Below, piece by piece: positions 23,710-32,000 of a DNA stretch of 32,000 nt. The translations under genes were made by a program, and so were the position numbers. The notes below the pieces were generated by a model. The model made no database searches. It saw only the letters and a list, made by a program, of their open reading frames with translations, and was not told the DNA's origin. How positions within the stretch are numbered: the stretch's first letter is position 1; every line of letters begins with the position of its first letter. The stretch is from Candidatus Saccharimonadota bacterium (GTDB lineage Bacteria; Patescibacteriota; Saccharimonadia; Saccharimonadales; Saccharimonadaceae), in assembly GCA_049296095.1 (NCBI GenBank), contig JBAQRV010000001.1, positions 120,001 through 152,000 on the forward strand, given 5' to 3'.

Positions 23710-24999
23710 ATGGAGACAACACTTAAACACCTATCTGATACCAAAGTCCAACTGACAATCTCTGTTGGCACCAAGGAACTTGCTGATGCCGAGCAAGTCG
23801 CCCTCGTCAAACTAACTAAATCTGTCAAAGTTTCTGGCTTCCGTGCAGGCAAGGTGCCTGCTAGTGTCGCCGCAAAACACGTCGACCCTCAAGCTCTGCA
23901 AGAACAAACTATGGATACTGCACTCAGTCGTGCGGTCGCTGAGGCGTTCTTAAAAGAACTATTGCAGCCACTCGATCGTCCAGCGGTTGAAGTCAAGAAA
24001 TTTGTTCCTAGTGAAATCCTTGAATTTACTGCTGAAGTAGATATTGTGCCAAAGATCACCCTCGGAGATTACAAGAAACTTACCTCACGGCCTGAAAAGG
24101 CTACCGTAACCGCCAAAGAAGTCGATGAAATTATCGATCGCATGCGTGCAAACTTTGCTGAAAAGACAGAAGTAAAGCGTGCTGCTAAAGATGGCGACGA
24201 AGTTGTAATCGATTTTGTTGGTAAGAAAGATGATGTTGCTTTTGATGGTGGAACCGCAAAGGATTACACACTCGTTCTTGGCTCAAACCAATTTATTCCA
24301 GGTTTTGAAGAGGGAATTGTTGGTCACAAAGTTGGTGAAACTTTTGATCTTGATCTCTCCTTTCCTAAAGACTACCACGCTAAAGAATTGGCAGGCACAA
24401 AGGTGACATTCACCGTGACGCTTAATAAGATTCAGGAATCAAAACTTCCTGAAGTCAATGATGAATTTGCTGCTAAAGTTGGTCCGTTCACGAGTGTTGC
24501 CGAAGTAAAGGCTGATATCAAAAAAGAACTCTTGAAGCAAAAAGAGAATGGTATCAAAGAGAAATATCAAGATGCGCTCATTACCGAGCTAATTGAAAAG
24601 AGTAAAGTCCCTGTTCCTGAAATCTTAGTCGAGGATCAAATGAAGTCAATTGAGCAAGATTTTGAACGAAACCTTCTCTATCAGGGTCTCTCTCTTGATT
24701 CTTATCTTTCAACCCATGACTTTAAAGATGCCGATGACTGGCGCGAAAAAGAAGTTAAGCCAACCGCTGTTCGTCGTGTCCAGGCCGGGCTAGTATTGGC
24801 GGAAATCACCGATGCAGAAAAAATCTCTGCTACCGATGCTGAGATCGATGAGCACGTTGAAGTTCACAAGCAACAGTACGCAAACAACCCAGAGGCGCTT
24901 AAGCAATTCGAAACTCCTGAAGTACGTCGTGATATCGCGAATCACTATGTTACTGAGAAGACGATTGAACGACTTCTTGAATTAAATAAATATTCTTAA
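23710..24999 (+). CDS. tig: Trigger factor
   Basis: 429 aa. N-terminal ribosome-binding signature GFRAGKVP. Central FKBP-type PPIase (VIDFVGKKDDVAFDGG...FIPGFEEG). C-terminal chaperone arms. Confidence 0.93.
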   Translation: METTLKHLSDTKVQLTISVGTKELADAEQVALVKLTKSVKVSGFRAGKVPASVAAKHVDPQALQEQTMDTALSRAVAEAFLKELLQPLDRPAVEVKKFVPSEILEFTAEVDIVPKITLGDYKKLTSRPEKATVTAKEVDEIIDRMRANFAEKTEVKRAAKDGDEVVIDFVGKKDDVAFDGGTAKDYTLVLGSNQFIPGFEEGIVGHKVGETFDLDLSFPKDYHAKELAGTKVTFTVTLNKIQESKLPEVNDEFAAKVGPFTSVAEVKADIKKELLKQKENGIKEKYQDALITELIEKSKVPVPEILVEDQMKSIEQDFERNLLYQGLSLDSYLSTHDFKDADDWREKEVKPTAVRRVQAGLVLAEITDAEKISATDAEIDEHVEVHKQQYANNPEALKQFETPEVRRDIANHYVTEKTIERLLELNKYS

Positions 25000-25018
25000 T
25001 TCGCTACAGAATGAAAAT

Positions 25019-25042
25019 AGACGAGCTCGGAGTAGCTCGTCT
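25019..25042. terminator. Hairpin terminator shared by convergent tig and the 118-aa gene
   Basis: AGACGAGCT (25019-25027), loop CGGAGT, AGCTCGTCT (25034-25042). The T-rich run is on the minus-strand side (ATTTTCATTCT). A second GC hairpin, CCCCCAG/CTGGGGG, lies at 25050-25076. Confidence 0.65.
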
Positions 25043-25089
25043 TCATCATCCCCCAGTCATCGTTGTTAGCTGGGGGATGGCGGGTTCCA

Positions 25090-25446
25090 CTAGGAACCCT
25101 TGTTAATCCAGTTCTGAATGCCGTGTGCTGCAACCTTAAATGGCTTGGTGATCGCGTCCGCGGCAGAATCGAGGAATGACTCGACGATGCGCCGAGTGGC
25201 GACGAATAGCCACGCAGCGAACACCATGAGACCAACGATCAAGTAGAACGTCAGTATCACCGCGACCTGTGCAAGCCTCACCCACCACGAAGTTTGCTCG
25301 TCAGCGTACCGGAAGGTGAACGGATCCATGAACCATGGCTGACTGAAGGCGACCGTTACAATCAGCACGGACACGATGACCACCAGCCCGACAATGAGCC
25401 AGTCGACAAGTCGTGCACGGTTCTTCTTTGTTAATGCCCCGGTCAT
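25090..25446 (-). CDS. Small hypothetical membrane protein (118 aa, two TM helices), GC-rich ORFan
   Basis: GGAG SD 5 nt upstream of the ATG. TM candidates LVDWLIVGLVVIVSVLIVTVAF and VAVILTFYLIVGLMVFAAWLFVA. Visibly more GC-rich than tig and clpP. Confidence 0.65.
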   Translation of the reverse strand: MTGALTKKNRARLVDWLIVGLVVIVSVLIVTVAFSQPWFMDPFTFRYADEQTSWWVRLAQVAVILTFYLIVGLMVFAAWLFVATRRIVESFLDSAADAITKPFKVAAHGIQNWINKGS

Positions 25447-25512
25447 GATACTCCGATCGTTGGTTGGATAGGGTGCGGCAATAGTAGCACTAAAGAGATG
25501 AATTGTAAATAA

Positions 25513-25539
25513 TTAGCACTCACTTGCAACGAGTGCTAA
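25513..25539. promoter_or_regulatory. CIRCE operator (HrcA binding site), exact consensus, upstream of clpP
   Basis: TTAGCACTC (25513-25521), spacer acttgcaac, GAGTGCTAA (25531-25539). -35-like TTGCAA (25524-25529) lies inside the spacer. TATACA (25545-25550) is 15 nt later and 8 nt before ATG 25559. Confidence 0.9.
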
Positions 25540-25558
25540 TTTTATATACAATGGAAGT

Positions 25559-26155
25559 ATGAATAAGCCATCAAATTACTTAGTACCAACAGTGATTGAG
25601 AAGTCTTACGACGGGGAGAGGGCCTTCGATATCTACTCGCGTCTCTTGAAAGAGCGCATTATCTTCCTGGGGGAGGATGTCAACGAGCATACTGCGAATA
25701 TCGTGGTTGCGCAATTAATCCATCTCGCCGACGAAGATCCAAAAAAAGATATTAAACTTTATATTAATAGCCCTGGCGGTAGCGTCTATGACGGATTGGC
25801 TATCTATGACACCATTCAGTACATCAAACCAGACGTTCAGACGATTGGAATTGGCTTGCAGGCAAGTATGGGTGCATTCTTGCTCTCGAGTGGTACGAAA
25901 GGTAAGCGCTTCGCGTTGCCAAGTAGTCGTATTATGATTCACCAACCTTCGAGTGGAACCCAGGGCAAGATCTCTGATCAGGAAATTACACTCAAAGAAG
26001 GTATATTCTTGAAGCAAATGCTCAACAAAATCCTGGCGAAAAATACTGGCCAAAAACTTGCCAAGATCGAAAAAGATGCTGATCGTGATTTTTGGATGGG
26101 TGCTGAAGAGGCAAAGGCCTACGGAATCATTGACGAAGTAATCGAAAAAGCCTAA
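25559..26155 (+). CDS. clpP: ATP-dependent Clp protease proteolytic subunit ClpP
   Basis: 198 aa. INSPGGSV. Catalytic Ser in [11 protein letters not shown]. His in IMIHQPS. Confidence 0.95.
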   Translation: MNKPSNYLVPTVIEKSYDGERAFDIYSRLLKERIIFLGEDVNEHTANIVVAQLIHLADEDPKKDIKLYINSPGGSVYDGLAIYDTIQYIKPDVQTIGIGLQASMGAFLLSSGTKGKRFALPSSRIMIHQPSSGTQGKISDQEITLKEGIFLKQMLNKILAKNTGQKLAKIEKDADRDFWMGAEEAKAYGIIDEVIEKA

Positions 26156-26161
26156 AACCTC

Positions 26162-26190
26162 TTGATTTATTCTTAAAAAGTCATCATAAT
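26162..26190 (+). promoter_or_regulatory. Putative rpoBC promoter
   Basis: TTGATT (26162-26167), 17 nt, CATAAT (26185-26190). Confidence 0.5.
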
Positions 26191-26239
26191 GGCTACTAAG
26201 AAGTAGTGTAGCCGTGGTTACTCATGTTTTGAAAGTGGT

Positions 26240-29200
26240 GTGGCAGTCGCCTCAAAACAACCAGCGGTTAAGGGAATCTTCGGCGCCAAGAACCCCTATA
26301 AATCTAAATTACGCGAGGACAATTCAAAGCCTATGGCAACTACCAATCGTGCGAACGCGAAGCGTGTTTTCTTTACTAAAGATGACACAGCACTAGCGCT
26401 TCCGAACCTTATCGATCATCAAAAAAAGAGCTGGCAGGAATTTGTCGAAACGGGCTTGGGCGAGATTTTCGCTGAACTGAACCCAATCGATGACTACACT
26501 GGTCAGAAACTAGCACTCCGATTCGGCAAGTATGCCTTTGAGGAGCCAAAGCACTCTGAAATTCATGCTAAAGAAAATAACCTGACCTTCGATGCGCCGC
26601 TCAAAGCAGTAGTTGAACTTACTAATAAGGTGACTGGTGAAGTCAAAGAGCAAGAGATCTACCTGGGTGACTACCCATGGATGACCGACCGCGGAACCTT
26701 TATTATCAATGGTACCGAGCGTGTCGTGGTGTCACAGTTGATTCGTTCAGCTGGTGTGTTCTTTACGGCTGACCGCCTCGCGACTCGTAACAACTACGGT
26801 GCAAAGCTCATTCCTGGCCGCGGTGCCTGGCTTGAATTTGAAACTGCTAGCAACGGTGCTATTTACGTCAAGATCGACCGTCGTCGCAAACTGCCTGTGA
26901 CGACTCTTTTCCGTGCTCTTGGGTACAACAAGACAACTGACATCAAAGCGCTCTTTGAAGATGTTGATACTGGTGAAGTAAAGTATATCGACGCTACTCT
27001 CGATAAGGACCCAGCCAAGGGTACGAACGAAGCTTTGATCGAAGTCTATCGCCGTCTACGCCCAGGTGACCTGGCGACCGTTGACAATGCTCGTTCAATG
27101 ATTGAACGAATGTTCTTTGATTTCAAGCGATTCGACTACAGTCGTGTTGGTCGCTACAAGCTCAACCAGCGCCTCGGTATCGACATTCCTAACACCACCG
27201 AAAACCGTGTCTTTATGGTGAAAGACCTCGAGGCGATCGTTAAGGAGATTATTCGTCTTAACAATACTCAGGAACTGCCTGACGACATCGACGCCCTTTC
27301 AAACCGTCGTGTCAAATTGGTTGGTGAGCTGGTAGCTCGTCAGTTCCGCGTTGGTATGCTCCGCATGCAACGTAACGCCATGGACCGTATGTCTATGAGC
27401 GACATCGAGAATGTTTCTCCAAACCAACTGATTAACGCCCGTCCTGTGGTGGCTGCCGTTCGTGAATTCTTTGCAAGCTCACAGCTCTCACAATTGATGG
27501 ATGACACCAACCCGCTGGCTGAGCTTGCGCACAAGCGTCGCCTTTCATCAATGGGTCCTGGTGGTCTCTCACGTGAGCGTGCTGGCTTTGATGTCCGTGA
27601 CGCCCACCCGACTCACTATGGTCGCCTCTGTGCAGTGGAAACACCAGAAGGTGCCAACATTGGTCTTGTATTGAACCTTGCCGCCTACGCTCGTATTAAC
27701 GAGTATGGCTTTATTGAAACCCCATACCTCAAGGTTGAAAAGGGTAAAGTTACTGACAAGGTTGTCTACCTCGATGCTTCAGAAGAAGCAGTTGAAGTGA
27801 TTGCTGATGCTGGTGCTGAACTCAACGACAAGAACGAATTCGTTGACGAGCGTGTGTCTGCACGTAACGGACTCTTGCCTGAGCAGGTTGACGCCACTGA
27901 AGTGACCTACATGGATGCTGCCAACAAGCAGATCCTCGGATCAACTGCCGCTCTCGTGCCTTTCGTTGAAAAGAACCGTGTTGACCGTTCACTCATGGCC
28001 TCATCAATGCAAAAGCAAGCCGTGCCATTGCTTCAGCCTGAAGCTCCTGTGGTCGGTACTGGCATCGAACACCAAATCGCCCTCAACACCAGCCAATTGG
28101 TTGTTGCTGATGGTCCTGGTGAAGTTGTTCGTGCTGATGGTGACGAAGTTCACGTTAAGTACGCTGAAGGCCTCAAGACCTACAAGCCAATTCACTTTAC
28201 AAAATCAAACGACGACCGCTCTATTAACCAAAAGGTAAGAGTGACTCGTGGTCAAAAAGTAAAGAAGGGTGACATTCTCATCGAAGGTGCGTCTGTATCT
28301 GATGGTGAAATCGCCCTCGGACGCGACCTATTGGTTGCCTTTATGCCATGGTCTGGTTACAACATGGACGACGCGATTGTCCTGAGCCAGCGCCTGGTAC
28401 AAGACGACACACTGACCAGTATCAACATCAAGGACTACACTGTTGAAGTCCGTGAAACCAAGCTTGGTCCAGAAATTGTGACTCGCGACATTCCAAATGT
28501 CTCTGAGGAATCACTTCGTCACCTCGACGAGACTGGTATCGTCCAACTTGGTTCTGAAGTAAAAGCTGGTGATGTCTTGGTCGGAAAGATTACTCCTAAG
28601 GGCGAGCAAGAACTCAGTTCTGAAGAGCGACTCCTCCGTGCAATCTTCGGTGAAAAGGCTAAAGACGTTCGCGATACCTCACAACGCATGAACAATGCCG
28701 GTGGTGGTAAGGTTGTCGGGGTCAAGATCTTCTCTCGTGAGAACGGTCACGAACTCAAGGCTGGTGTTTTGATGCAGATTCAGATCTTCGTTGCTCAGTT
28801 CCGTAAGATTACGGTTGGTGACAAGTTGGCTGGACGTCACGGTAACAAGGGTGTTATCGCCAAGATTCTGCCAATCGAAGATATGCCATTCATGGAAGAC
28901 GGAACACCTGTTGATGTCGTCTTGAACCCACTCGGTGTCCCGAGCCGTATGAACATCGGGCAGCTGTTCGAAACCCACCTTGGTATGGCAGCGCGTGCCC
29001 TTGGCTACAAGGTTGCAACCCCTCCGTTCAATGGTATTTCAGATGACACAATTTCTGCCGAGCTCGAAAAAGCTGGTTTCAACCGTGACGGTAAGAGCCA
29101 ACTGTTTGACGGCCGAAGCGGTGATGCCTTTGAGGAACGAACGACTGTTGGTGTCATGCACATGCTCAAGCTCCACCACATGGTGAGCGACAAGATTCAC

Positions 29201-29689
29201 GCCCGTTCTACCGGTCCTTACACTATGGTCACGCAGCAACCACTCGGTGGTAAAGCGCAAAATGGTGGACAGCGATTTGGTGAGATGGAGGTATGGGCAC
29301 TTGAAGCATACGGTGCTGCCTCAACTCTCCAGGAAATGTTGACCATCAAGTCTGACGATGTCTATGGACGCGCCAAGGCTTACGAATCAATCATTAAGGA
29401 TGAGCCAATTGTTGGTCCAAAGCTTCCAGAAAGCTTTAACGTCCTTGTAAAAGAACTCCAGGGGCTCGGTCTTCGTGTTGATCTGCTTGATGAAACTGAA
29501 GACGCGATCATTGATGCTGAACAAGTTATCGGAAGTGTGATCAATGGACAGCCAGTTTCTGCTGCTGATGTTGATACCGCTGAAGAGATCGAAACTATCC
29601 TTGATGAGGTTGATGAAATCGGCGACATCGAAGATGGCATGAGCATCCAGGATATAGATGAAGTAGAAGAAATCAAGGAGGAGGCGTAA
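26240..29689 (+). CDS. rpoB: DNA-directed RNA polymerase subunit beta
   Basis: 1149 aa from GTG 26240; ATG 26333 (MATTNRANAKRVFF) is an alternative start. Rif-cluster segment SQLSQLMDDTNPLAELAHKRRLSSMGPGGL. Also GEMEVWALEAYGA. Confidence 0.95.
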   Translation: MAVASKQPAVKGIFGAKNPYKSKLREDNSKPMATTNRANAKRVFFTKDDTALALPNLIDHQKKSWQEFVETGLGEIFAELNPIDDYTGQKLALRFGKYAFEEPKHSEIHAKENNLTFDAPLKAVVELTNKVTGEVKEQEIYLGDYPWMTDRGTFIINGTERVVVSQLIRSAGVFFTADRLATRNNYGAKLIPGRGAWLEFETASNGAIYVKIDRRRKLPVTTLFRALGYNKTTDIKALFEDVDTGEVKYIDATLDKDPAKGTNEALIEVYRRLRPGDLATVDNARSMIERMFFDFKRFDYSRVGRYKLNQRLGIDIPNTTENRVFMVKDLEAIVKEIIRLNNTQELPDDIDALSNRRVKLVGELVARQFRVGMLRMQRNAMDRMSMSDIENVSPNQLINARPVVAAVREFFASSQLSQLMDDTNPLAELAHKRRLSSMGPGGLSRERAGFDVRDAHPTHYGRLCAVETPEGANIGLVLNLAAYARINEYGFIETPYLKVEKGKVTDKVVYLDASEEAVEVIADAGAELNDKNEFVDERVSARNGLLPEQVDATEVTYMDAANKQILGSTAALVPFVEKNRVDRSLMASSMQKQAVPLLQPEAPVVGTGIEHQIALNTSQLVVADGPGEVVRADGDEVHVKYAEGLKTYKPIHFTKSNDDRSINQKVRVTRGQKVKKGDILIEGASVSDGEIALGRDLLVAFMPWSGYNMDDAIVLSQRLVQDDTLTSINIKDYTVEVRETKLGPEIVTRDIPNVSEESLRHLDETGIVQLGSEVKAGDVLVGKITPKGEQELSSEERLLRAIFGEKAKDVRDTSQRMNNAGGGKVVGVKIFSRENGHELKAGVLMQIQIFVAQFRKITVGDKLAGRHGNKGVIAKILPIEDMPFMEDGTPVDVVLNPLGVPSRMNIGQLFETHLGMAARALGYKVATPPFNGISDDTISAELEKAGFNRDGKSQLFDGRSGDAFEERTTVGVMHMLKLHHMVSDKIHARSTGPYTMVTQQPLGGKAQNGGQRFGEMEVWALEAYGAASTLQEMLTIKSDDVYGRAKAYESIIKDEPIVGPKLPESFNVLVKELQGLGLRVDLLDETEDAIIDAEQVIGSVINGQPVSAADVDTAEEIETILDEVDEIGDIEDGMSIQDIDEVEEIKEEA

Positions 29690-29690
29690 T

Positions 29691-32000
29691 ATGTCACACG
29701 TTATCAATAACAACAACGGCATTGCAGACTTTGACGCTATCCGCCTCTCGGTCGCAAGTGCTGAAGACATCCTAAAATGGAGTCACGGCGAGGTTACCAA
29801 GCCTGAAACCATCAACTACCGCACTCAGAAACCTGAGCGTGACGGTCTGTTCTGTGAACGAATCTTCGGACCAGTTAAGGACATTAACCCGCACGACAAC
29901 AAACTAAAGGGTGTTCGCTCTCGTGAAGCGGCTGTCGATAAGAATGGTGACCTCGTTACTAAATCTATCGTTCGTCGCGAACGAATGGCGCACATTTCTT
30001 TGGCGAGTCCAGTTGCGCACATCTGGTTTATGCGCGGAACTCCTTCTGCAATGTCACTATTGCTTGGAATTACCGTTCGTAACCTCGAGCGTATCGCTTA
30101 CTTTGCAACCTACGTTGTATTGAAATCAGACGAAGAAACTCGTGACAAGTTCCTTGCCGATCTCGAAGCCGAGACCGAAGCGGGACGTGCTGCGATCAAG
30201 ATTCGCTATGAAAAAGAAGCTGAAGCTGAAGGCGCTGACGTAAAAACTCTCGCTGAAGCAATGACTCGTGAGACTGAAGAGTTGAACGAGAGCTACCTCG
30301 CGAAGAAGACACAGCTTGAGAGCCTTGTAAAGAACTCTCTCATGAGCGAAGTTGATTATCGAAACCTTCCAGAAGAGTACCAGGATCTCATTGAAGTTGG
30401 TATGGGTGGCCAGGCATTGAAGGCACTGCTTGATGCGATCAACCTGAGCGAACTTATCGCTGAGCTGACTGAAGAAGTTGCTGGTGCTAAGGGGCAACGC
30501 GAGAAGAAACTTCTCAAGCGCCTGAAGGTGCTTGAGGGTATGCAATCTGCAGGTATCAAGCCATCAAGCTTGACCCTGACTGTGCTTCCAGTGATTCCTC
30601 CGGACCTTCGTCCAATGGTGCAGTTGACCGGTGGTCGTTTCGCGACCTCTGACCTTAATGACCTTTATCGTCGCGTTATCAACCGTAACAACCGTTTGAA
30701 GAAACTGATCGAGCTCAACGCTCCTGAGGTGATTCGCCGAAACGAAATGCGTATGTTGCAAGAAGCAGTTGATGCTTTGATCGACAACTCAGCAGCTCGT
30801 GGTGGCCGTGCGGTGAACGCAACTGGTGGACGACGCCGTCTGAAGTCAATCTCTGACATGCTCAAGGGTAAGCAAGGACGATTCCGTCAGAACTTGCTTG
30901 GTAAGCGTGTCGACTACTCTGGACGTTCTGTAATCGTTGTTGGTCCAAAGCTAAAGATTAGCGAATGTGGTCTGCCAAAGCAGATGGCACTCGAACTCTT
31001 TAAGCCGTTTGTGATTCACTGGTTGATTGCTGGGGAATATGCCCACAACATCCGTTCAGCTACTCGTTTGATCGAGTCAGGCGAAGCGATCGTTTGGGAT
31101 GCCCTCGACGCCGTGATTGAAGGTAAGTACGTTCTTTTGAACCGTGCGCCGTCACTTCACCGATTGTCAATCCAGGCTTTCATGCCTAAGTTGGTTGAAG
31201 GTAAAGCTATTCAACTTCACCCACTGGTTGCGAACGGTTTCAACGCCGACTACGACGGTGACCAGATGGCAGTTCACCTTCCTTTGAGCCGTCAGGCACA
31301 ACAGGAAGCTCGTGAGCTGATGAGCGCGACAGCCAACCTCCTAAAGCCAGCTGATGGTGCGCCTGTCCTCTCTATCGCTCAGGACATTGTCCTCGGTAAC
31401 TACTACTTGACCTACGACAAGCCAAGTGCGCAAACTGACGTCCGCAAGGCTTACAGTTCTGTCTATGAGGCTGAAATGGCATATGAGAACAAGGTGATTC
31501 AGCTTCAGACCCCAATCCGCGTTATGACCAAGGGTGAAGTTCGTGATACGACACTGGGACGAGTCTTCTTTAATGAGATTCTGCCAGCTGAATATCCATA
31601 CGACAACAATGTCCAGACCAAAAAGCAACTCAAGAAGGTACTTAATAACATCTTCTTGCAGTATGGTGCTGAAATGACCGCGCAGACTGCTGACCGCATG
31701 AAGGGTATGGCCTTTCGCTTTGCGACCGTCGCTGCCGTATCAACAGGTAAGGATGACTACATTGAATTCGAAGAGACGGCTGAATTCATCGCCGAAGGTG
31801 ACGCGAAAACGACACTGATTAGCGAACAATTCAACCAAGGTCTCATCACCGAAGATGAGCGTTACACCCTCACCGTTGCGACCTGGCGTGGTGTGGTTCG
31901 AAATATTACTGAGTTCCTTCAAGAGAAGCTCAAGGGCATGGATACCAGTGTCTCTGTCATGGTGAACTCTGGTGCTCGTGGTGATATTTCAAACGTCCAG
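29691..32000 (+). CDS. rpoC: DNA-directed RNA polymerase subunit beta-prime, N-terminal 770 codons (continues beyond the window)
   Basis: ATG lies 1 nt after the rpoB TAA. My own translation is open to base 32000. Motifs seen: [82 protein letters not shown]. Confidence 0.93.
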   Translation, partial: MSHVINNNNGIADFDAIRLSVASAEDILKWSHGEVTKPETINYRTQKPERDGLFCERIFGPVKDINPHDNKLKGVRSREAAVDKNGDLVTKSIVRRERMAHISLASPVAHIWFMRGTPSAMSLLLGITVRNLERIAYFATYVVLKSDEETRDKFLADLEAETEAGRAAIKIRYEKEAEAEGADVKTLAEAMTRETEELNESYLAKKTQLESLVKNSLMSEVDYRNLPEEYQDLIEVGMGGQALKALLDAINLSELIAELTEEVAGAKGQREKKLLKRLKVLEGMQSAGIKPSSLTLTVLPVIPPDLRPMVQLTGGRFATSDLNDLYRRVINRNNRLKKLIELNAPEVIRRNEMRMLQEAVDALIDNSAARGGRAVNATGGRRRLKSISDMLKGKQGRFRQNLLGKRVDYSGRSVIVVGPKLKISECGLPKQMALELFKPFVIHWLIAGEYAHNIRSATRLIESGEAIVWDALDAVIEGKYVLLNRAPSLHRLSIQAFMPKLVEGKAIQLHPLVANGFNADYDGDQMAVHLPLSRQAQQEARELMSATANLLKPADGAPVLSIAQDIVLGNYYLTYDKPSAQTDVRKAYSSVYEAEMAYENKVIQLQTPIRVMTKGEVRDTTLGRVFFNEILPAEYPYDNNVQTKKQLKKVLNNIFLQYGAEMTAQTADRMKGMAFRFATVAAVSTGKDDYIEFEETAEFIAEGDAKTTLISEQFNQGLITEDERYTLTVATWRGVVRNITEFLQEKLKGMDTSVSVMVNSGARGDISNVQ

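Noticed and set aside
26214-26396. 60-aa ORF overlapping the rpoB 5' region
   Set aside because: It is out of frame with rpoB, has no signals, and lies within the probable rpoB leader or N-terminus.
27430-27560. Rifampicin-resistance cluster I of RpoB
   Set aside because: The key positions equivalent to E. coli D516, H526 and S531 are unchanged (D, H, S). The other substitutions cannot be interpreted without an alignment.
1-32000. Scan for CRISPR arrays, IS elements, integrases/recombinases, rRNA and restriction-modification genes
   Set aside because: No repeat-spacer periodicity, no transposase- or integrase-like ORF and no rRNA-like sequence was seen. The single methyltransferase lacks DNA-MTase catalytic motifs.

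Overview
This is a compact, mostly plus-strand housekeeping window from a small-genome, Gram-positive-like bacterium. The gene set and order suggest a Patescibacteria/Saccharibacteria-type lineage, but that is inference and no search was run.

Gene order: clpC, an HExxH membrane protein, radA, a PIN/TRAM (YacL-like) gene, then a mosaic accessory patch (SAM methyltransferase, a GC-rich ORFan, an AT-rich 440-aa 2-TM protein). Next come class A PBP (minus strand), tyrS, recG, a PLC/P1-nuclease-like gene, rsmD, a GNAT, a GC-rich ORFan (minus), tRNA-Leu(UAG) (minus), an FAD-linked oxidase, tRNA-Leu(CAG), a SpoU/TrmH-like methyltransferase and a 218-aa ORFan. The window ends with a PRTase-like gene, a LOG/TIGR00725-like gene, hisS, tig, a GC-rich membrane ORFan (minus), clpP, rpoB and the 5' part of rpoC.

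No CRISPR array, integrase, transposase or rRNA was seen.

Most notable observations:
1. Two consensus-perfect CIRCE (HrcA) operators sit on the clpC-cluster and clpP promoters. There is no CtsR-type control.
2. A type I PRTase-like gene and a LOG/SLOG-like gene are translationally coupled to hisS. They are preceded by a His-codon mini-ORF plus a terminator that could act as an attenuator. The PRTase-like gene appears frameshifted.
3. The beta-prime N-terminal zinc-binding segment has lost all four cysteines.
4. Three visibly GC-rich ORFans have native-looking promoters. One carries a +1 palindromic operator.
5. tRNA-derived relics lie next to the accessory patch and next to tRNA-Leu(UAG).
6. 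Many genes carry an (often extended) -10 box only 6-10 nt before the ATG and have no SD, which suggests leaderless mRNAs.

All compositional statements are by eye, not computed.
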